Assembly: GCA_963976765.1 (NCBI GenBank)
Contig: CAXBME010000049.1
Coordinates: 1 to 32,625 of the forward strand
Source of the DNA: an uncultured Planctomycetaceae bacterium
GTDB taxonomy: Bacteria > Planctomycetota > Planctomycetia > Planctomycetales > Planctomycetaceae
Direction of reading: 5' to 3'
Length of the DNA: 32,625 bases
Positions 26,346-32,625 of this stretch are shown here, one piece after another (within the stretch, counting starts at the first letter, position 1; each line of letters starts with the position of its first letter). Under the pieces are notes generated by a model. It was given only the letters and a program-made list of their open reading frames with translations. It was not told the origin of the DNA and did no database searches. Made by a program: the position numbers and the translations under genes.

Positions 26346-29327
26346 ATGTCCCAAAACTCACCACGCGATATTGGCGCGAAGAAACTTTATGTGAAAGCCG
26401 TCAGCCCGCGGCTGAAGAAACTGCTTTACGTTGTGTTCGGGCTGGTCGCATTACTGGGAGCCAATGCGACTTACCTGACCAGTATCACGTTGATGGAATG
26501 GAGCAGCGGGCAGACATATCAGAACTACTTCTACCAGTACATGTTTCTGGCACATCTGACTCTTGGATTGTTACTCATCGTGCCACTGGTTGTGTTTGGC
26601 ACGCTGCATATGCTGGCGGCTCGCAACCGGCGGAATCGACGTGCCGTGAAGATCGGGTACGCCCTGTTTGCGGCATCGATCGTCGTGCTGATTACCGGTG
26701 TGCTGCTGATGCGGATCGGTGGTTTTGATCTGAAGCAGCCGATGGCTCGCAGCACGGTGTACTGGCTCCACGTCGCCGTTCCAGTTCTGGCTGGCTGGCT
26801 GTACTGGCTGCATCGCCTGTCCGGCCCAAGGATCAAGTGGAAAATCGGCGTCAGTTACGCCGGCTTCGTGGCAGCCACTGTCGGAGCGATGGTGTGGCTG
26901 CATTCCGAAGACCCACGAAGCTGGAACGCTGTCGGTCCGGAATCGGGAACGAAATATTTTGAGCCGTCGCTGGCTCGCACCTCGTCCGGAAATTTCATCC
27001 CGGCCGACGCTTTGATGAACGACGAATACTGCCGCAAGTGTCACGCCGACGTACATGCCGGCTGGAGCGACAGCGTGCATCGTTTCAGTTCATTTAACAA
27101 TCCGCCCTATCTGGCAAGTGTCACCGAAACTCGTCAGATTGCATTGACACGCGACGGCAACGTGCAGGCGTCTCGCTGGTGCGCGGGTTGCCACGATCCC
27201 GTGCCGTTCTTCAGCGGAGCATTCGACGATCCGAATTTCGACACGGTCAAACACATGACGTCTCAGGCCGGCATTACCTGCACCGTCTGCCACGCCATCA
27301 CGCACGTTAACAGCAACCGAGGCAACGCGGATTACACCATTGAAGAGCCACTGCACTACCCGTTTGCTTATAGCGACAACGCTATGCTCCAGTGGATTAA
27401 CAATCAACTTGTGAAAGCCAAGCCGTCCTTCCACAAGAAAACATTCCTTAAGCCGTTCCATAAGTCCGCCGAGTTCTGTTCGACATGTCACAAAGTGCAT
27501 CTACCGAAAGACCTCAATAACTACAAAGAGTTTCTGCGCGGCCAGAATCACTACGACCCGTATCTGCTCAGCGGAGTCTCTGGACACGGCGCCCGCAGTT
27601 TCTATTACCCGCCCAAGGCGCAGGAAAACTGCAACGGCTGCCACATGCCGCTGGAACCGTCGGACGATTTCGGCGCGAAATTTTTCGCCGATTCGAAAGA
27701 CCTCAGCATTCACGATCACCTGTTTCCGTCAGCCAATACGGGAATGGCATGGCTGAGAGATCGGCCCGAAATCATTGACGCTCACCGCGACTTTCTAAAG
27801 GGCGTTATGCGGGTTGATTTATTCGGCGTGCGGGAAGGTGGTCAGATCGACGGGAAACTCATCGCGCCACTGCGACCGGAAGTTCCTGCTCTCGTGCCTG
27901 GCAAAACGGTGCTGCTCGAAACCGTAATCCGTACACTGAAAATGGGGCACCTCTTTACGCAGGGCACGGTGGATTCCAATGAGGTGTGGCTGGACGTGAC
28001 GGTTACTTCCGGAGGGCGCGTCATCGGACGCAGCGGAGCCATCGATTCAGAACGCGACAACGAAGTGGATCCCTGGTCGCACTTTGTCAACGTGTTTCTG
28101 CTTGACCGTGACGGCAACCGCATCGACCGCCGCAACGCTCAGGACATCTTTACGCCACTCTATAATCATCAGATTCCTCCAGGAGCCGGCCAGACAGTTC
28201 ATTATGAATTGACTCTTCCCGAAGAACTCGACGCGCCGGTCACCGTGGATATCAAGTTGCAGTATCGCAAGTTCGATCAGCGTTACATGGACATCGTCGC
28301 GAAGAGTAATGAGAAGCTCGGACTGATCATCCGTGGCCACCAGCCCGGCCAGCCGTACAACAACGAGCTGCCGATCGTCACGCTGGCTTCAGATCGCGTC
28401 ACGTTTCCGGTCGAAGGAGTTGAGGCCACAATCGACAACCCGGTTCCGGATTTTCCGCTGTGGCAACGCTGGAATGACTACGGCATCGGATTGCTGCTGA
28501 AAGGCAAAGCTGAACTGCGACAGGCTACAGAAGCATTCACCGCCGTGGAGAAACTCGATCGCTGGGACGGGCCGATGAATCTCGCCCGTGTTTACAACAC
28601 CGAAGGGCGACTTGACGATGCCGTCGCTGCGCTGCAACGGGCCGAGGAATACTCAAACGAACCTGGCTACCCGCGGTGGACATGGGCATGGCTGAGCGGT
28701 GCCATCAACCGACAGCAGGGACAACTCGACGAAGCCGTGCTCAATCTCAGAAGTGTACTGCAAGACAGCACTCCAGAGATGCAGGAGCGGAAATTCGACT
28801 TCAGCCTCGATTACGAAGTCATCAATCTGCTGGGGCAGACGCTGTTTGATCTCGGACGCCTGCGATTGCGACAGGAACGACTCGCCGAAGCCAGAAGCCA
28901 CTGGCAGGATGCAATCAATCAATTTGAAAAAACGCTGGAGATCGATTCCGAAAACGTCACGGCACACCACAACCTGCAACTGCTCTATACGGAATTGGGG
29001 CAACCAGAGCGGGCAGCCGAGCATGGTCGTCTGCATGCCGTCTACAAAGTCGACGACAACGCTCAGGGCCGTGCCGTGCGGCTGGCACGACAGAAGTATC
29101 CGGCAGCCAATCATGCGGCCGAAGCGGTCGTCAAGTATCCCCTGCAGAGAAAAGAAGCCCCCGAACTGCCGGCAGAGGCATGGCTGCCGAAGGCCCTCCC
29201 CGCCGGTGCCGATTCAACGGTTTCTGCGCTCGGGCCGGTGGATGGCACGACAACGGACAGCATCGGTACTGAAAAATCACAGATCGATAATCGCAATACA
29301 GACACAACAGGTGGAGGTGGTCAATGA
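26346..29327 (+). CDS. Membrane-anchored multiheme c-type cytochrome with TPR C-terminus
   Basis: About 5 N-terminal TM helices with paired His; five CxxCH (CRKCH, CAGCH, CTVCH, CSTCH, CNGCH); GHLFTQG motif; TPR-like helices (WNDYGIGLL..., AHHNLQLLY). Confidence 0.9.
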   Translation: MSQNSPRDIGAKKLYVKAVSPRLKKLLYVVFGLVALLGANATYLTSITLMEWSSGQTYQNYFYQYMFLAHLTLGLLLIVPLVVFGTLHMLAARNRRNRRAVKIGYALFAASIVVLITGVLLMRIGGFDLKQPMARSTVYWLHVAVPVLAGWLYWLHRLSGPRIKWKIGVSYAGFVAATVGAMVWLHSEDPRSWNAVGPESGTKYFEPSLARTSSGNFIPADALMNDEYCRKCHADVHAGWSDSVHRFSSFNNPPYLASVTETRQIALTRDGNVQASRWCAGCHDPVPFFSGAFDDPNFDTVKHMTSQAGITCTVCHAITHVNSNRGNADYTIEEPLHYPFAYSDNAMLQWINNQLVKAKPSFHKKTFLKPFHKSAEFCSTCHKVHLPKDLNNYKEFLRGQNHYDPYLLSGVSGHGARSFYYPPKAQENCNGCHMPLEPSDDFGAKFFADSKDLSIHDHLFPSANTGMAWLRDRPEIIDAHRDFLKGVMRVDLFGVREGGQIDGKLIAPLRPEVPALVPGKTVLLETVIRTLKMGHLFTQGTVDSNEVWLDVTVTSGGRVIGRSGAIDSERDNEVDPWSHFVNVFLLDRDGNRIDRRNAQDIFTPLYNHQIPPGAGQTVHYELTLPEELDAPVTVDIKLQYRKFDQRYMDIVAKSNEKLGLIIRGHQPGQPYNNELPIVTLASDRVTFPVEGVEATIDNPVPDFPLWQRWNDYGIGLLLKGKAELRQATEAFTAVEKLDRWDGPMNLARVYNTEGRLDDAVAALQRAEEYSNEPGYPRWTWAWLSGAINRQQGQLDEAVLNLRSVLQDSTPEMQERKFDFSLDYEVINLLGQTLFDLGRLRLRQERLAEARSHWQDAINQFEKTLEIDSENVTAHHNLQLLYTELGQPERAAEHGRLHAVYKVDDNAQGRAVRLARQKYPAANHAAEAVVKYPLQRKEAPELPAEAWLPKALPAGADSTVSALGPVDGTTTDSIGTEKSQIDNRNTDTTGGGGQ

Positions 29328-31219
29328 CATCTGGTTCCAACGATTCAGTTCCTGAGATTCAGTTTGACCTTGAGACCGAAGAACGCGACGACACGATCAT
29401 TGGCACCGCGCTGCGATGGTCGCTGATCGTGGGTGGGGTTCTGATTTGCATCGCCGGAGGTGGTCTGTACTACCTGTCGCGTCCTGAGCCGCCGGCGCCG
29501 GTTGTAAAAACGGAACTGGCCCCGGTCTCTGTGAGAAAAGAGTCCACTGTCGAGATTCCCACGATCCCATTCATCGATGTAACGAATCAGGCCGGGATCC
29601 ACTTTGTCCATGAAAACGGAGCGTATGGCCAGAAGCTTCTGCCCGAAACGATGGGCGGTGGCAATGCCTTCTTCGATTTCGACAATGATGGTGATCAGGA
29701 TCTGTTACTGGTGAACTCCCAGCGCTGGCCCTGGAACTCCAACAACGAGGCCGACGTTCCGGCAACGATGAAACTCTACCGAAACAAAGAAAATGGAACC
29801 GGCCAGTTCGAGGATGTGACTGCCGGGTCTGGACTCGATGTTTCACTTTACGGAATGGGAGTCGCTGTCGGAGACTACGACAATGACGGTCGCGTGGATG
29901 TTTTTCTGTCGGCCGTGGGCAGAAATCGGCTGTTTCATAATGAGGGCGACGGGAAATTTATCGACGTCACGACTTCGGCTGACGTTGCAGGCGGTTCGGA
30001 CGAGTGGAGCACCAGCTGTGGCTGGCTCGACTTTGACAACGACGGTGATCTGGACCTGTTTGTCTGCAATTACGTGAAATGGTCACGCGAGTATGATGAG
30101 GCTCAGAATTTTCAGTTAACCGGAGGCGGTCGCGCCTACGGACGTCCGCAGAACTTCGAAGGCACCTTCCCCTACCTTTACCGCAACGATGGTGATGGAC
30201 GCTTCGTGGAAATTGCTGAGCAGGCTGGTCTTCATGTCCGCAATCCGGCCACCGATGTTCCGCTTGCCAAGTCGCTGGGAGTCACGTTTACCGATTTCGA
30301 CGAAGACGGCTGGCTCGACATCGTTGTTGCCAATGACACCGTTCAGAATCTTCTGTTTCACAACACGGGCCGCAGCACCTTCGAGGAGATCGGTGCGGTG
30401 TCCGGAGTCGCATACGACATGAGCGGGGCAGCTCGCGGGGCGATGGGAATCGATGCGGCCAGCTTTCGCAACAGCAACTCGATTGGCATCGCGATCGGAA
30501 ACTTCTCGAATGAAATGACCGCTCTTTACGTGTCGTCCGGAAAAGAGATGCAGTTTGTCGATGAAGCCGTTTCCACAGGCCTTGGTCCGCACTCACGATC
30601 CGATTTGACGTTCGGCGTCGTCTATCTTGACGCTGATCTGGATGGCCGTCTCGACCTGTTCTGCTCAAACGGACATCTGGAAGAGGACATCAACCGGGTA
30701 CAATCCAGTCAGCATTACGAGCAGCCGCAGCAACTTTTCTGGAACTGCGGGCCGCAGCACTTCACCGAGTTTGTTCCGATGCCTGCTGAAAAATGTGGTG
30801 AGGATCTGCTACACCCAATGGTCGGTCGCGGCGCTTCGTACGCCGATATCGACAACGACGGAGACCTGGATCTGCTCGTCACGAGCGCGGGACGCCAGCC
30901 ACGAATGCTCCGCAACGACCAGCAACTCCATCATCACTGGCTAAGGTTCAAGCTCGTCGGCACAACGAGCAACCGCGATGCGATAGGTGCCCGCGTTGAA
31001 GTCACATTCAAGGGGCAAACGCACGTGCGACAGGTTATGCCAACTCGCAGTTACATCTCGCAGTCAGAACTGCCGCTCACATTCGGGTTGGGAGCGAATA
31101 CTGACATCGAACGTGTCGTTATCCGGTGGCCTGACGGAACTCGACAGGATCCGGGAACGCTGCTGGTTGACCGCCAACACGTCGTCGAACAACCACAGCC
31201 TGTCGGCCCGCCTCAGTAA
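29324..31219 (+). CDS. CRTAC1 family protein (FG-GAP repeats + ASPIC/UnbV domain) with N-terminal membrane anchor
   Basis: Repeated D-[FY]-D-N-D-G-x-x-D loops; LPETMGGG; NRDAIGARV; SYISQSE...FGLG; ATGA overlap with the upstream gene. Confidence 0.93.
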   Translation: MTSGSNDSVPEIQFDLETEERDDTIIGTALRWSLIVGGVLICIAGGGLYYLSRPEPPAPVVKTELAPVSVRKESTVEIPTIPFIDVTNQAGIHFVHENGAYGQKLLPETMGGGNAFFDFDNDGDQDLLLVNSQRWPWNSNNEADVPATMKLYRNKENGTGQFEDVTAGSGLDVSLYGMGVAVGDYDNDGRVDVFLSAVGRNRLFHNEGDGKFIDVTTSADVAGGSDEWSTSCGWLDFDNDGDLDLFVCNYVKWSREYDEAQNFQLTGGGRAYGRPQNFEGTFPYLYRNDGDGRFVEIAEQAGLHVRNPATDVPLAKSLGVTFTDFDEDGWLDIVVANDTVQNLLFHNTGRSTFEEIGAVSGVAYDMSGAARGAMGIDAASFRNSNSIGIAIGNFSNEMTALYVSSGKEMQFVDEAVSTGLGPHSRSDLTFGVVYLDADLDGRLDLFCSNGHLEEDINRVQSSQHYEQPQQLFWNCGPQHFTEFVPMPAEKCGEDLLHPMVGRGASYADIDNDGDLDLLVTSAGRQPRMLRNDQQLHHHWLRFKLVGTTSNRDAIGARVEVTFKGQTHVRQVMPTRSYISQSELPLTFGLGANTDIERVVIRWPDGTRQDPGTLLVDRQHVVEQPQPVGPPQ

Positions 31220-31362
31220 TTTGCTGACCAGAGGGGCGTGACTTTTTCGGCTGATCGTTTGCAGTGTCGGTAACATGGCGGCTTCTGACAGAACCGGAGG
31301 CGTCGTCGAAGCCGTCAAGGCTCACTGACGAACTGGCCGGAGATTTCTTCGCGATGAATTCT

Positions 31363-32565
31363 TCAGTCGCGGCCTGGAACGCTCGACCGATCAGCGTCGG
31401 ACTTGTCGCGAAACACTTCGATCAGGTCGAAGATTCCGCGAGCCGTTCTGGGAACGTCGGGCTTTTTTTCAGAGTCACCGACCAGGCCGCCGACGAGATC
31501 ATTGATCGCTCCGGTGAGGTTGGTCTGGCCGTTGCCGCGCGCGGAGTTGCCACCACCGGCCAATCCACTGAAGCGACCTTTCAGTTGGTCGAGCATGTTC
31601 TGCCCGCCCGGCAGGCTGATGCGTGGATGGCGAAGCGTGCCCGTCATACGAACTTCCAGCGGAGCCTGCATCAAACTACTGAGCAGCTCAATCCGTGATG
31701 AAGCCAGTCCCGAAACATTCACCAGAATCTGAATGTCGATGTTCTCGTTAAGGTCGACCCAGCCGCTTGTTCGGATCGTGAGGTCGTGGGCAAGTTCCGG
31801 GATCAGCAAAGTCAGACCGTCATGATGAACGCGACCGTCCGCCACTCGAAACCGGACTTCCGATTCCTCTGCCGCTCGCACCATTCCGAATCGACCGCCA
31901 GACATGGTGGTCAGCACCGACGCAATCTCCGCCAGCATTGGATTTTTGAGACCAGTCTCGACACGGTGCAGCATCATTCGCCCGTCGATCTTTGTCAGTT
32001 GAACTCGTTCATCGTGAGTCACGGTGCCAATCGGAATCTGAAACTGGTCCATTTCAACTGTCAGTTGCCCCGTCACCATAGCTGCTTCCGATAGAAACGG
32101 GGCGATGAGCTGTAACCCCTGGTCACAGAGTTCCGGGGTCAGGTCGCGACGATCGAACAGCTTTACCGGTTCGACGATCAGCATGCTCGTCTTGTTCGAC
32201 ACTTCGGTTCGGCCGACGAACGAAATTGCATCGATCGTGATAACAGGCTCAGAGTTTTCAGCCGTCCGCAACTCGACCGCCGCGTCACGAACGACCGCTC
32301 GAAATGACGGATAAATCGTTTTCTTTTTTGCGGAGCCATCATCTTCAACGTTCGACTCTATTGAATCGACGGGTCGCAGAATGACCACTGGTTGATCCAG
32401 ATTGATCGTCCCAATGTCTGAAGGCGTCAACAGAAACTGCATCAGCGTCCTGTCCGTCGAGAATGTTTCCGTGCTGACAGACCAGGACTGGTCGTCCCGT
32501 TTCACATCGGCATTCCGAAAACTCACGGGCGAGAACCACGCGAGCGTTGCAGAACCGGCGGTCAC
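31363..32565 (-). CDS. AsmA-like hypothetical protein (5' end uncertain)
   Basis: LAWFSPV, GLQLIAP, FRVADGRVHHDGL, IRTSGWVDL and GTLRHP motifs typical of AsmA-like beta-taco proteins; no N-terminal anchor within the ORF. Confidence 0.6.
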   Translation of the reverse strand: MTAGSATLAWFSPVSFRNADVKRDDQSWSVSTETFSTDRTLMQFLLTPSDIGTINLDQPVVILRPVDSIESNVEDDGSAKKKTIYPSFRAVVRDAAVELRTAENSEPVITIDAISFVGRTEVSNKTSMLIVEPVKLFDRRDLTPELCDQGLQLIAPFLSEAAMVTGQLTVEMDQFQIPIGTVTHDERVQLTKIDGRMMLHRVETGLKNPMLAEIASVLTTMSGGRFGMVRAAEESEVRFRVADGRVHHDGLTLLIPELAHDLTIRTSGWVDLNENIDIQILVNVSGLASSRIELLSSLMQAPLEVRMTGTLRHPRISLPGGQNMLDQLKGRFSGLAGGGNSARGNGQTNLTGAINDLVGGLVGDSEKKPDVPRTARGIFDLIEVFRDKSDADRSSVPGRD

Positions 32566-32625
32566 AGAAAGGAGTTACTGTCAGAAGTCGTGGCGTGAGA
32601 GATTGGAGGAAGGTGGCGTATCCTG

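Noticed and set aside
26014..26394. 126-aa ORF between the ERPP leader and the cytochrome gene
   Set aside because: Weak start, no motifs, overlaps the cytochrome start; more likely untranslated leader

Overview
Chromosomal window from a Planctomycetota bacterium, inferred from three DUF1559 prepilin-like genes, a planctomycete cytochrome c/DUF1549/DUF1553 + DUF1501 pair and a CRTAC1-family gene. All family assignments come from motif recognition, not database searches. The left half holds mixed housekeeping and catabolic genes: DUF1559 + lipoprotein, a Zn-ribbon membrane protein, a plant-type glucuronokinase-like GHMP kinase, mnmG, an IscA/HesB carrier, and ceramidase-, sialidase- and cyanophycinase-like hydrolases. 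The most interesting region is 16.3-21.5 kb. There, a Cys-rich ORF with a hydrophobic N-terminus and a PPPTPPP tail precedes a Met/His-rich DUF1559 pilin-like protein, a second DUF1559, a lipoprotein and a PepSY-TM protein. This mirrors the copper-uptake layout cruR(DUF2946)-TonB receptor-PepSY_TM, but DUF1559 proteins occupy the receptor position. A second leader-like ORF (SCGDW...CxxxxC...ERPP) precedes a cytochrome b-like/pentaheme c/TPR fusion and CRTAC1. Between the two units lie a decayed DUF1553 fragment and a GC-mosaic DUF4062-STAND NTPase-TPR (NLR-like) gene with an in-frame 15-nt tandem repeat. No rRNA, tRNA, CRISPR array or transposase was seen.
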